Source: Octopus sinensis (taxonomy: Eukaryota). From it: 64,000 nt of DNA. Position 1 is the first letter of the stretch. Each line of letters starts with the position of its first letter. This document shows, in pieces, positions 1-13,325 of the stretch. Below the pieces are notes generated by a model, which was not told the origin of the DNA, made no database searches, and was given only the letters and a program-made list of their open reading frames with translations. The stretch covers positions 73,346,001 through 73,410,000 of the forward strand of contig NC_043003.1 in assembly GCF_006345805.1 (NCBI RefSeq), written 5' to 3'. A program made the position numbers and the translations under genes.

Positions 1-570
1 AAGAGGAAAAATACATTCCTCACATACATTAACATCACAGACACCCAAATACCTGCATTCACCCACCTTACATACAAGCCCCAAACACTCAACTTATTAC
101 CCTCATACACAATGATAAATATCACTGCTATGAACACAAATAATACCACATTAATTGAACTTACACGTAATAATCCACATGTCACCCCTTATAAAACCCC
201 ATGAAACTCGAATATACCAGACAACATTCAATTCATCAACATTGACAATATTTCATATATAGACCAGATGTAACACCCTAATAACATTGGCTCCCTACCT
301 AAGACGTTCACCACACATTTATACACTAAATTCAAGGGAAGTACCTCACAAGTCACAACCGAAGAAGAGGGGTTATCAACACCCCTCCTCAGCATATAAA
401 ATGTAAGTAATTAAATTTATCCTGTTCTCGCTTGGTAGCGTAAATGTGCGTAACCTTGGATAGAACTGGAAGCAAGGTCGTTTCCTAGATGTTCTCGGGT
501 CACGGAACCTGGATGTAATGTTCACTAACGAAACCAAACTGAATGGACCGCGAGGGCAGACTGTTTGACT
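1..570 (+). mobile_element. Old Tx1-like LINE relic (A/C-rich ORF1 tail plus start of ORF2 endonuclease)
   Basis: 431-559 translates LGSVNVRNLG*NWKQGRFLDVLGSRNLDVMFTNETKLNGPRG, which aligns by eye with IGCVNARGLGSPWKQGYLLNDIKSHKLEIIAISETRLHNPRA at 49146; upstream A/C-rich sequence resembles 48500-49100. Confidence 0.6.
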
Positions 571-914
571 TGGCGTGACGCATAGCAGCGGCAGTGCCTC
601 CAGAGGGCAGCTGTCTATGCACCATGTGCGACCGGACAGTCTGACTATTTAAGATACCTAGAGAATTTCCAGGGAACGTCACACATCTATATATAAGTAT
701 GTATATATATTCATATATACATACATACACATGCACGCGCGCGTATGCCTCTGTAATCTCTGGGGCTCGAAAAGCAGTTTTGTGCTAAACAACCCTGCAC
801 AGATGATCAAATATTTGCGTTGCATATTGACTCAATCCTTTCATCAAAGCTACATTAATTGTGCAGATAAACAGTATGCCTTGTATAGAGTGTTGAATGA
901 TTGCAGTGCAACGT

Positions 915-995
915 GAGATGAAGTATCTTGAACACACTGCCGCACCCAGGTATCGAACACCCACTTTCTGGTGATCCTCAGCGAGATACCCCAAC
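915..995 (-). mobile_element. tRNA-derived SINE head fragment
   Basis: aagtatcttg...ggtatcgaacac resembles the reverse-strand head at 63675-63763; B-box-like gttcgatacc on the minus strand. Confidence 0.3.
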
Positions 996-1096
996 CACTA
1001 AACTACGTAGGAGTGTAATATGTGGTGTTTGTACAAAAGGAAATGATCCTCGCATCTTTGACTTCAGTATATATGCTGCTGACGTATATATAAATA

Positions 1097-1164
<68 letters not shown>

Positions 1165-1216
1165 CATATATATATGTACATATATATATATGTGTGTGTG
1201 TGTATATATATATGTA

Positions 1217-1252
<36 letters not shown>

Positions 1253-2803
1253 CGCATACATTTATTATACATATATATGATATATTTTATATATAAACAC
1301 ACGAACACACACGCATATACACACATACACACACTACATACATATCTATACATCTACGTTTTGGTTCTTCTACATGATATTCAGTTATATTATACTGAAG
1401 ATAGTGTTTGTGCTCTATAATAATAATCATTTTTTCTATCTCTTTTTTTCATTTTAAGATGCATTCCTGGTGTATTTCAAGAAATGATTATATATTTTAA
1501 TGTTCTCGGTATTGCTAAAGCTATACTTACTGAATCAGTTTGTAGCGTCATCTCTATAAAAAATCTGACAAATTAGAATTTTACGAGTTTTTGTAGTATG
1601 TTTATCACGTGCAAATTTACATTCGATTGTCTGTGTACATATGATATGGGCGAGTTCTAAATAATTCTCATTTTCTTGGTTAACAATAAATTCGACTGCA
1701 CCTCCACGATTGTAGTGTATTTGTAGAATGGCATCTTGAGATCCGTATGAAAAATAAAATTTAATTGAATACATTTATCTCGAAATAATTTACACAAAAT
1801 ATTACACAAATTGGTATTTGATTTAGCTGAGTTATATATGAAAACAGTTGAATATTTTACTGGAAGATTACTGAATATTCATTAACAATGCATATGCTTA
1901 TAAACTTTAAGAAGGATACAAGAGACACTGAGTCCGAAGTTTCGGTTTACCAGCTTGTATCTATCTGTTCAATAATTGGCTTCTATTTGACTTCATATAT
2001 TCTGTGGCTAGTTGTTTTTCTTGGGTAGGTGAAGCTATTTGAAATGATTATAAGGTTTTCGGTACGTATATGTCTGATGTAGATATGTAGGAAGGAAACA
2101 GAAGGGAAGGGAAGAATGTTTGCATAGTGTGGCTTGAGAGACACTTATTGTTGGAATATTTTGTCTGATTTGATGTGAGAACAATGTTACTCCTTTTGGT
2201 TCTGTCGCACATGGAAATAACGGTGTACAATGATACTTCAAATTCAATTGGGTTAGAATGAGGTCACGAAAGTTTTTGCATAGAAATTCAGTTTCGTGAC
2301 ATAACATACCTGAATCGGAGACACACCTGTGTATAGGGGAGTTTTTTCCACGCTTGACTGAAGTGTAAACGATGATATACATCCCACATGAAGGTAAACA
2401 AAATCTTCCAACAATACTTTCCTATGAAACGACAATATACAAATGTATTCCTTCTGAACATCTTCGATCCCATTTCTTTTGCTTCGATTTCCCAAACCCA
2501 TATATATAACAAGCCTGACTATAATTTTACATTCCTCCATGTACCCACTAAAGAACAAATGTCCAAATAGTTTATCACTCCAAATGTAATCTAAGTGCAG
2601 CACCATCTGACGAAGGTTAGATGGTTAACTTGAAGGTCTAGTCACTTCTATTCTACACGCATCGAATTGTTCGACAACTATTTAACTACTTTTCTGCTGG
2701 TGACATAACAAATTGAAAACTATTCTAGTCTGTATATATCTGTTCATATTCCTTATATTTGCTGAGTACTTCATGGTATACCCCATCACTTTCTTTTCTG
2801 CAG

Positions 2804-2838
<35 letters not shown>

Positions 2839-3221
2839 CTTCTTATATAAGGATAAAATTGTATGAAACTATTTCATCAGTTGCCAACATATGAAAAATA
2901 CCTTTTAAGGTAAAAATTGTCCAATTATAAATAAGGGCAAAAAGGAAAAATAATTTTCCAATATGTTGAAAAATAGAGAGCTAAATCGTCTAGCCACATA
3001 AAATATTTTCACTTGTATTATTACATTCTGTGTCGAAACGAGGAAAACAAGCTAACAGAAATTCATGAAAATATAGTTATCCCCGAATCGGTTCCGATTG
3101 GTGCATTAATCCAAAAAGGATTCTTCCTTCATCAGCGCGGAACATGAAGTGAAAAGCGGTGAAATGCTAAGACATACCCACGGAAAAGCAGATGCAAAGT
3201 CATGAATACATTTAAGTACAC

Positions 3222-3275
<54 letters not shown>

Positions 3276-3324
3276 TATACATATATATATATTAATAAAT
3301 AAATTAAACATATGCATATATATA

Positions 3325-3635
3325 AACATATATGTACGTACCTACCTCTACATGTACATATACACGCATATATGAGTACAGGACACCAAAAGGACGTCGA
3401 ACACAATGAGAAACGAAAACATAGACACAAACCAAAGGAACTGGACATTTTTTTAAAAACAGCAAAAAAATAGAGTACAGGAAAATTAACACAAAGAAAA
3501 AACCCCTTCTTCAGTCGCTATGGTTTCATCTACTCTACGTTTCGAAGGATAAAAGCGAGACGTATCTTCGACAAGAAACTTTCCTTCCTGCGAAAAGCAA
3601 ATCAATTAAAATTCTGAGATCTTTTTGCAGAGGGG
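3325..3635 (-). mobile_element. Penelope-like terminal fragment (dispersed repeat)
   Basis: 3325-3480 is the reverse complement of 14660-14825 (gtacaggacacc...acacaatgagaaacgaaaacat); contains cgaaacgta and ctgaaga motifs on the minus strand, typical of PLE ends. Confidence 0.55.
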
Positions 3636-3818
3636 TTATATATATATATATATACATATATTTATACTGTTCATCTGACACTGACACTAGTTGTCCGACG
3701 AATGGTAACTTGAAAATCCAAGTAGCAGTCTGTACATATTTTTGCAGCTTTCAGAAAAGCATATCACTCTACCTTCTTTATTCGAGTACTGTTTCTTTCC
3801 AGCTCGTTTTAACCATAT

Positions 3819-4128
3819 GGCACTGTAGTTAGAGTTTAGGGCTCACAATCATGATATAGTAAGATCAATTTTCGGACGGGGCTGTGTTCTAGAGCAAGAC
3901 ACTTTATTTCACGTTGCTCCAGTTCACTCAGCTGTAGAAATGAGTTGCGACGTCACAGGTGCCAAGCTGTATCGGCATTTGCCTTTTCTTTGGATAACAT
4001 CGGTTGCGTGGAATAGGGGAGTCTGGTATGCAATGGCGACAAACTTCACAAAACTTGTGTCTCAGAGGGGAAATTTCTAAGTGCAATCCTATATTCATTC
4101 ATGACCAAAGGTGGCCTTTACTCTTTAC
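3819..4128 (+). mobile_element. tRNA-derived SINE, family B
   Basis: Degenerate tRNA-like head; body motif gcaagacacttta(t/c)ttcacg is shared with the minus copy at 63460-63763. Confidence 0.6.
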
Positions 4129-4305
4129 CCACTATTGTTTTGCATTTATGCGCTGATCATGTGTTTGTGTGTGTGTGTGTGTACGTAATGCAGTATATAT
4201 ATATATCCCGTGAGGGATCGATGCCAGATGGGTCGAAACAATTATAGAGATCAATAAACATACTCGTATCTTGTAACTTCCGTCTCTCTCATCAATGATA
4301 TATAT

Positions 4306-4361
<56 letters not shown>

Positions 4362-5101
4362 GCATATGTATCTTTGTCTTTAGACCCATATACAGACATT
4401 AACCTGTGGGTATGTTTTACCCGTGCATGCACGTTGTTTTGTTTACCTGGTTGCTAACTTCTAAATATGTTCGCCACTGAATATGTTCACGACCCTTTCA
4501 CATTTTTGTATTTGTACTTCATATAGAAAACAATTACATTATTGGTATCTACCTAAAACTGACCTACTAAAACCCCAAACATTTGGTAACGTCACTGTTT
4601 CCATCTATTTCAAACCTTCCCCTATCCTCTTCTCTCTCTTTCCGCTCCCACTTTCTCTCTATCACTTTCAATCATTTTCCCACACGCAAGCTTCCTTATT
4701 TGTTTCCCTTTTTCTTTTTTGTTCCCTACACCTTGTTTTTATTTATATTTTGCATTTTAGCTCTCCTCGTTTCTCTCTATCACATTTCTCTTCCTCCTCT
4801 CTCTTTTCTCCTATTTGTTCTCTTCATCTCTGTTTCATTCTCTCTCATTTTATTTCCCTTTCAAATGCATATAAAAAGTCATACCCTCTGTCCAACTTTA
4901 AGCTTTTGATCTCTGTAACAATGCAATAGAGTATAACCCTGATGAACTGTTGTGGTTCAAAATCCAGTTGCACTTATAACATCCACTACAGTAGATACAA
5001 AGAACCACAATGGAGAAGCGGAAAAATCCATAGGGAACAAAGGATATAAACTGTTATTCACGTTTATCATACTTTTCCTATATCGATTTGTGTGCGGTAT
5101 G

Positions 5102-5111
5102 CGTATGTATG

Positions 5112-5142
<31 letters not shown>

Positions 5143-5383
5143 GTATGTATGTATGTATGTATGTATGTATGTATGTATGTATGTATGAATGTATGTATGT
5201 GTGTGTGTGTGTGTGAGTGTGTGTATATGTGCATGTATACACTCACACGCATAAATATGGGAAAACTGAGAGAGAAAGAGTTGTAATAGACAGACTGACG
5301 GATAGGTAGATAGATAGATCGATAAGTAGATAGATAAATAGATAGCCAGGTAGATAGACAGACAAACAGATAGATAGATAGAC

Positions 5384-5456
<73 letters not shown>

Positions 5457-5477
5457 GATAGATAGATAGATAGATAT

Positions 5478-5530
<53 letters not shown>

Positions 5531-5600
5531 CAGGTAGATAGACAGACAGACAGATAGATAAACAGGTAGATAGACAGAGAGACAGATACACAGAGAGAGA
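5102..5600. repeat. Compound microsatellite (TATG)n/(TG)n/(GATA)n/(TA)n
   Basis: Seen directly. Confidence 0.95.
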
Positions 5601-7058
5601 GAGATGGCAGGTGTTTTATAACGAATCCAGCATGCTATATACATTATCAGGCAATCGTGGGAGAAGATTAGAGCTATGAACCTTTCAGAACCCGGGAGAT
5701 TTCCTCATTCCATCGAATGACTATATGGAGAGAGACCTAACAAATGACGGAATGAAATGCTTTTATATTTGGACACGTAGGGCGTGTGACATAGTTTGCA
5801 TCACTTAAAACAAACGGATAAAACTTAAATTGCACATCTGTCTATGAAGGATGAAATATAAGCACAACCATCAATGACATCATTGACCCCGTTGACCTCT
5901 GAATCGAAGTCACTTTTGTGGCGCAATATGAGTAAGTGGATATACTAATGTTACATAAATGGACATACTTCACAAAATCATGAAACTGTACTATAACTGT
6001 ACTGTGTAAAAAGTGTTCAGAGGACGGCGTCAACTCTCAACACCCAGGACAGAAGGCCTAGATAATAATAATGGAGCCAAATTACTTGGGTTTTCTACAT
6101 TATGCTTAAAAGAATAGACAATAGAACCATAACATCTACAAGTCAAGGTAATTTCTAGTCCCAAGACGGCGCTACAGAAAGCAGTACCAAGAACAACTTC
6201 ATATCCCATTAAAGTGATGAAAGAAACTCCAAAAATGAATTTCTCAGCCATTTCAAAGGCCAACAATATCTAATGCAAAAATTAACGCAATGAGTTAGGA
6301 TGAAGTTCAGATCAAAAAGGGAATGGGATCAAAATCAAAAGAACCAAATATATATAAAATATACTAAATGTGTGCTGGATATATTATAGCATATTTCCTC
6401 GATGTAGACCTTCTCTCAACTATTCTGATCCACATGATCTTCAGAGAAGATTCTGGAATCATTAGTGTTGAACAATGAATTGAAGAATCTGAGAAGACAA
6501 CCCGAAGGGATGCGTAATCATTATAGTTATGTACTCTAACTAAAGTTCCTGGATTTTAAATTTTATACAAGATTTAGTTGTGCATTTTATAAAATCATGT
6601 AAAGAATTACATACTTGTTTCTTCAAAACGAAATTTAGATTCTTCCAATGTTTTTTGCATAATATCATTGAGGTCTTTCACTTCTCCACTCATTTAACTA
6701 CTGGAAAAATTTTTTAATCTGTGTGAATGCACATTGCATTTATTGTATTTTTAAACCTATGGCTACAAAAGAAAATAGTTTTGATTGTTGTTATTGTTAT
6801 TTTTCTTCTTATATTACTTGGCCTGGAACCTGCTTGTATTAGAACTTGTTTGCTGAAAGCATACACATTCTTACATCCATATACTACAGCAGGCTGGTTG
6901 GAGAACAATAGATTCCATGAGTAATAAATTACGTTCGATAAGAATGTGTAACTGTTCACTGCAGCAGCTTGTGATCTAAAAGTTAATATGGCCTGGATTG
7001 AATACCGAAAGAGATTGGGAGTAGTCTAACTAGGTAAAAACTGGAGACCCCCTTAAAT

Positions 7059-7272
7059 CAGTGGTTCTCAATCGGGGTCCATATGTCACTTAGGGGTTCA
7101 TATAAGATTTTCATGTTAAAATTTATGTGCAATAAATTGTTTATACGCCTTAATAATGGTTAACTATAATAATATAAAAGGATTTTTTAAACATCGAGTT
7201 GCTACGCGGATCCACTCGAGCAAAGTAGAAATCAAAGGTGTTCATAAGCAAAAAAATAGTTGGGAAACGCTA
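7059..7272. mobile_element. hAT-type MITE
   Basis: Ends cagtggttctcaa ... ttgggaaacgcta (imperfect TIR); flanking 8-mers ccttaaat (7051) and ctctaaat (7273) match at 6/8, consistent with a hAT 8-bp TSD. Confidence 0.65.
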
Positions 7273-7412
7273 CTCTAAATGAATAATGTAGGTCTAACAT
7301 TAACGAAGTGTGCAAAGGGAATCTGATATGCGTAAAAATGGAACATGAAAAATCAAAAGATTCCTTGTATATAAAGCGGCCATTAGTATTAATCAGACAA
7401 ACTGAATATTAA

Positions 7413-7808
7413 TCTTTATATATAAAAGTGAAGTTGTGTGTCTGTCTCCAACGATTTAGATTCCTAACTACTCCCACATTTTGCGGTGCAGTTTAACCAA
7501 AACCGGGTATCTTATAGTCGTGATTCATATCGAGCCCTTCTGGGTATTAGCGCGCGTCTACGATGAGTCTACGATTTAAAAAAAAATTTACCATAATTTT
7601 TTGCATTTTGATGCATTTTTTCGCTATTACATAAGGGAAGTAACTCTCTAAAAATGTCTACGATGAGTCAACGATTTAAAAAAAAATTACCATCATTTGT
7701 TTTCCATTTTTAATGCATTTTTTGCTATTTTTTGGCTATAACTCTCTAAAAATGCTTATATAGTTATTTCCCTTACAAACCCGAGCAACGCCGGGCGATA
7801 ACTGCTAG
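7413..7808 (+). mobile_element. Non-autonomous Helitron
   Basis: A|TCtttatatataaaa 5' end, internal tandem subrepeat (tctacgatgagtc.acgatttaaaa twice), 3' hairpin cccgagcaacgccggg then CTAG|T. Confidence 0.85.
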
Positions 7809-9020
7809 TTATATATAAACAAAAGCTTTAGATCAAGATAAAAGTGCGGAAATGGATTGAAACACAAAAGAGTGATTTGAAACTGGAATCCCACAATTCA
7901 TTCTCTGATGATGATCAACATTCATTACCAAACCTTGTAGCAAGGAACTCAAGCCAATAAGCGTGAACATCCAATGGAGTAAGCAAGTATGTCTCAATCG
8001 GATACTTACGTAGGAAATAGGCCCAATTTAAAACTAGGTTTGAATGAGAAATTACCGAAACGTTTCTTTGCTTTTGATTTTTTAGTTCGATTCCAGTTCT
8101 TGTCATTCTGCGAGTGAGGTCCTCTACTCTAACCTTCGTCTGACCAATGCGTTCACGGTGGAATTTCAGAAAACAACTTCGTATGTGCACGCACACACTT
8201 ATGCACACACACAAACACATAATCAAAGGCATACCTTCACGCGCGCACACGCTCACACATACACATAAGTACTTTATCAAAAATCCCGCCAGGTTGTTTC
8301 TCAGCAATTATTTAGATGGACAGCTGTAAACCTATAGATGGCAGACTTTCAGTCAACCAGTGATTGTCCAGTTTGAGACTTGTAAGTAACAATACTATTG
8401 TTCGAAAAATAATGTATGAAATAAACAGATAAATAGATGTACTGTATTTATAATGGAAAAGAACTGATGAGATATGATGTTCATTCATTTCTAAAGATTA
8501 GTTATTGGTGGACTACGTGAAATCAAATAGTTTGAAAACCTATTGTTTTCTCAGTTTGTCGAGAGATAGTATATTTTTACCGTTAAAAGCTAGTCATACA
8601 AACTATACAATGTTGCCATATCATTACTGAAATTATATCAGTGAAGACAAGATGAAAATATTCTACATTGTTCTCCTAGTGCATCGAGAGACTGAAGTAT
8701 CAGCTAACTTATTCTCCATTACTGCTGTCCGGAAGTGTCAAGAGTCTTGTTGTTGATGATAGAGAGTTATTTATTGATCAGTATACAAATCGGATACGTA
8801 TAAAGTTTTACGAGTAATTATAATTATAATAGAAATATTGAGCAAAATGTCCTACTTTCGATATAAAAGTACTTAGTAATGAGGTAAAGGTTAACATCAA
8901 GGATTGAAAATACGATTCAAGAAATGACGGTAAATTACAGAAGTGTTATACCAGTGTGCGTGTATGTATGTATGTATGTATGTATGTATGTATTTATGTA
9001 TGTATGTATGTATGTATGTA

Positions 9021-9250
9021 TTCTTTTACTTGTTTCTGTAATTTGACTGCAGCCATGCTGGGGCACCGTCTTTAGTCGAGCAAAACGACCCCAGGATTTA
9101 TTCTTTGTAAGTATAGTACTTGTTCTATCGGTCTCTTTTGCCGAATCATTAAATTACGGGGACGTCAACACACCAGCATTAGTTGACCAGCGATGTTGTG
9201 GCGACAAACACAGATACACAAACATGTACACATTCATGCATGCATATATA

Positions 9251-9289
<39 letters not shown>

Positions 9290-9450
9290 CATGCTTCTTT
9301 CAGTTTCTCTGTACCAAATCCACTCAGATGGCTTTGGTCGACCTGAGGCTATAGTAGAAAACACTTGCCCAAGGTGCCACGTAGTGGTACTGAACCCGGA
9401 ACCATGTGGTTGGTAAGCAAGCTACTTACCACACAGCCACTCCTGCGCCT
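9021..9450 (-). mobile_element. SINE family A, full length
   Basis: Reverse complement of 17972-18366; tRNA-like head, internal (CA)n linker, tail ending agtaaaagaa. Confidence 0.9.
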
Positions 9451-9749
9451 ATGTATGTATCTTCTGTGTTTTTTAAAAATAATTATTATAGATCTTCCAC
9501 TAAGGAGGTAGCCGGTTTCCAACAAATTTACAAGACTCCATCTTTGGGATGTCGTTAACACATACAGATTCACATTTGGAACTTAAGAAAATTCATGCAT
9601 ATTTTTACTGTTCCATTCACAGATTGCACTTGTAATGTACGAATTAGCTGGTCGATTTCTCTTTCTGAAAAACTCAGTTTGTCCAGATTCTCCTTTAAGC
9701 ATTTACTAACAAAACCTAGTATTCCAATTATTATTTGTTTGAATATGAA

Positions 9750-10135
9750 TTCATAGTCTGGTTATCGAAGCTGGTATTTCGAAGCAATTATCCATAGATA
9801 TCCTCTTTTCCTTTGATTTTCAAAGAGACATTTATATCTGCAGAGCAGCTGACCTGGTACATATCTTTGTCCCTCTGTCCCAGGCAACAATATCCGGCCT
9901 GTTATGTTTTCATTTGAAGGAGTTTTGATGGAAATATTCCACCAAGAAGGGACCGGAAAAGAATCTAAAAAATGATCCACAATGTGCAACATTCAATGCA
10001 GAGAAAGAAAGTAACTGTTTGTCAGAGAATAGATGGGGGACTTTGTGTATCAATGCATGTGAGAGTGCGATGTCCATTTTTGCCTGATACAATTATGTGC
10101 GGGTAAAATGAGGGATTATTATTTAGTTCGTGCAT
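9750..10135 (+). pseudogene. piggyBac-like transposase C-terminal relic
   Basis: One frame gives ...QCRERK*LFVRE*MGDFVYQCM*ECDVHFCL, resembling the piggyBac C-terminal cysteine-rich domain; multiple stops. Confidence 0.5.
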
Positions 10136-10260
10136 GTGTAATTACATGTGAAAACGTTATTGTAATCATATATTCTCATCACCTACCTGCGTTGAACATG
10201 TTATTCAGATAATTTATGACTGGTGCTTTGTATGATATATATGAATATATATATATATAA

Positions 10261-10377
10261 CCGCTCGTATTAGATATATAAATACTTTAATATTATATTA
10301 ATACTTTGATACAATAGAGCACTAAATATAATTTCAGTATATAATATTCTCATTGAATATATTTAACTAAAGATTTA

Positions 10378-10435
<58 letters not shown>

Positions 10436-11394
10436 GAGTATAATATTATTAATATCAGGAAATCAATATCAGAAAATTCCTCAGAAAGATATACACGTGT
10501 GAAAAATAATTGTTGTATTAAAAATATATAAATATGTATAAAAATAAATGTAAACATGTATAAGTATAAATGTATAACGTATATGACAGGTTAAAAGTTT
10601 TGAATTAAGTCTTTCAAGCATTTTACGATCGCTTCACAGAATTGTTGTCCCTATAATGAAATCCTATATTGATAAGCATTTATAGACAACTCTTCTGCTC
10701 TTCAGAGATATAAAATTTGAATTTTGTATAACATATCGATTGATAGTTTTTGCTTTTTTTTAAATTTGAAGTAATACTATAAAATGGTGTTTGTTTGAAA
10801 TATAAATTAGAAATTAAAAATTACTGCTTTTGATGCGAGTCTTTAAAACCATATATACTTCCTTGGTTAGTTTTCTGCAATAATCCATAATATTCATATG
10901 TAAAATCCTCTATATTGTCGTCTATTCCAAATATAGTTCATATACTTAGTTTAGAAATGGGAAATTTGTATATACTTTAGTATGAGAATCTTGAAATTCA
11001 TATATGTCTCCTTGGTAATTCCTCTATAGCAATCCATAATACTTTTGTATAAAATCCATTGTATTATAATGCTTTAAATAATTAATTCAAAACTTTTAAA
11101 CTGTCATATACATTATATATGTATACTTATACATATTTACATATACTTTCATACATCTTTATATATTGTTAATACAACAATTATTTTTCACACGTGTATT
11201 TCTTTCTGAGGAGTTTTCTGATATTGATTTCCTGATATTAATAATATTAATATATTCTTTTGATATATATATATAACCGCTCGTATTAAATATATAAATA
11301 CTTTAATAGTATTAATACTTTGATACAATAGAGCACTCAATATAATTTCAGTATATAATATTCTTATTGAATATATTTTACCAAAGATTTATAT
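10261..11394. repeat. Composite A-B-spacer-B'-A repeat
   Basis: A direct copies at 10261-10380 and 11277-11394; B inverted copies at about 10431-10623 and 11068-11261. Confidence 0.85.
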
Positions 11395-11415
11395 AATTAT
11401 ATATATATATATATA

Positions 11416-12300
11416 TTAGGTCCTCCCATAAGGTTTTTTTTTCAGTTTCATGAGATAAAAGTCGGAACGGGGACGAGATAATCTACCTGCATCAACTTGC
11501 TATAAAAGCAGGTAGTGATTTTACCTTGTCCTTATTCATAGTACAAGTTTCGAAGTGTGCAGTTCGATCTTAACAGTTATTTTTCCAAACCTTTAATATA
11601 AGTGGCAAAAGAGCATAGTCGGCATATTTTGCTTCATGAGTTCAATAAAGAAAACAATCAATCGGAAAGTACGAGGAATATTAATGCAGTAAATGGGGAT
11701 CGGACACTAAGCATAAGCCAGTGTCAAAGGTGGTTCCAGAAATTCTGAGCCGGAAACTACAGTCCAGAAAACCAGCCACGTCCCGGAAAATCTGTAGAGC
11801 TTGAGGAGGAGGTCCTTCAAACCCTGGGGGAGCTAAACACTATCGTAACTGTTGATGAAATAGCAGAGAAGTTTGGATTTGGTTATTCAACCATGCATCG
11901 ATACCTGCGCTAGATGAAAAACGACCATCTTTGGTTTCGAGACGAAAGCTGTTCTTCAATCATGATGATGCTCGGCCACATACAGCGAGGTTGACATTCC
12001 AAAGACTGGAGCAGTTTCAGTGGGAAACGCTGCCCCGCCCACCATATTCGCCAGACGTTGCCCCATCCGATTATCATTTATTCTGCAATCTTCAAAATCA
12101 TTTGGACGGAAAAAATAAGAATTCCGTAGATGAGGTCAAAACAATACGGAAGAAGTTTTTCTTCAGAGACAAGTAAGTTTTGGAAGAGGGGCAAGTCTAA
12201 CAGATAGATAGTAGAGTATTGCAGAAAATGAAGGAGAGCATATTTTACGTTAAAAAATCTTAATTTTGAGAAATAAAAGAAGTATAAATAAAAACGTATT
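11416..12300 (+). mobile_element. Internally deleted mariner element
   Basis: 11608 onward KEHSRHILLHEFNK...SQCQRWFQKF (HTH), joined at about 11910 to ALDEKRPSLVSRRKLFFNHDDARPH...PPYSPDVAPSDYHLF; the central DDE part is missing. Confidence 0.9.
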
Positions 12301-12462
12301 AATCATAACCTTGGCAAGTGGTCTAGTTGGTGAGATGGTTGGGGAATACATAATTACCATTCCAGCAATGATGCTAAATAATTTCATACTGAAAGTGTGC
12401 ACTCCTTAAATTATTCTACGCAGTTGACTCACTTTTTCACACAATTTTCTGTTGAATGCATG

Positions 12463-12493
<31 letters not shown>

Positions 12494-12689
12494 TTCAATT
12501 TTATATTACCTCACGACGAATTCCCAAACATAAACCTGGAATTGACACCGTACTCTGCCACATTTCTAATGGGTATAGCATATATATATATATATAATAT
12601 ACTTATGAATTGTGTGTCTGTGTATGAATGTATGTATGTATGTATCCAGCCATATGAAACTTAGTCAATATTAGCCAAGACATTCCTTA

Positions 12690-13060
12690 GCTACATTTGG
12701 TGAAATTCTTTGTGCCTTAGGAGGTCATATCTAACTGCAGTGCAATGTTTTGATGGCCAAAATGTAATGTAGTATTAGTGGTTTCTGCGGTATTTTCTGG
12801 GTGAATTTGTACAACTATTGTCTGGAGGTAAAAAGAATAGTTTGTCTTTGATTTGATATATTTCCGTTTGCCTTTAAATGAAACAGAATCATGGCAAAAA
12901 CTTTATTATATGTTGTTGTGAAGTGATGCTTGTTTCCGGAGGAAATGTGTTTATTGTAAGTCGAGGTTCGAGTTAATTTCAAACTTGTCACCAACACTGT
13001 TTTTGACAATGTTGACAGAATATTTTCCACAGGGTAAAATTGTGAATCTCAGGACTTATT
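12690..13060 (-). pseudogene. Possible decayed Penelope GIY-YIG region
   Basis: Minus frame gives PCGKYSVN...SFKGKRKYIKSKTNYSFYLQ...NTAETTNTTLHFGHQ; weak resemblance only. Confidence 0.25.
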
Positions 13061-13160
13061 ATTAATTGTAACACAGTGAGCATTAATGTATGTATATATG
13101 CATGTATGGATATTTGTATGTATGTATGTATATATATATATATACATATATATATGTTGA

Positions 13161-13325
13161 AGGTGTGGAGCTGGCAAAATCGTTAGCACGCCGATTGGCA
13201 ATATTTCGTTTGTCTTGACTGTGAGTTCAGATAACGTTGAGGTCGACTTTGCCTTTTACTCTTCCGGGGTCGAGAAATTAGTAACAGTTGGGCACTGGGC
13301 TCGATGTAATCGCCTTACGCCCCAC
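13161..13325 (+). mobile_element. SINE family C
   Basis: gagctggcaaaatcgttagcacgcc...gaggtcgactttgcctttt; same family as the minus copies at 21716 and 45372. Confidence 0.75.

Noticed and set aside
928-1420. YI/CV/TH-repeat ORFs here and throughout the window
   Set aside because: Translations of dinucleotide and tetranucleotide microsatellites
1535-1774. Minus ORF DAILQIHYNRGGAVEFIVNQENENYLELAH as an exon
   Set aside because: Protein-like but unrecognised, with weak splice sites
2607-2645. CTGACGA + 7-bp helix II hammerhead-like motif
   Set aside because: GAAG instead of GAAA and no helix I pairing
4930-5095. NCCG...SC peptide suggesting a tetraspanin or Ly6 exon
   Set aside because: Frames are inconsistent and there are too few conserved residues
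6050-6930. Possible very old CR1 (plus) and RTE (minus, PAVVYGC) remnants
   Set aside because: Only a few residues of similarity; not supportable without a search
7915-8307. Minus ORF with IGQTKVRVED (GIY-YIG-like) or a host exon
   Set aside because: Single short motif, and the ORF starts in (TG)n
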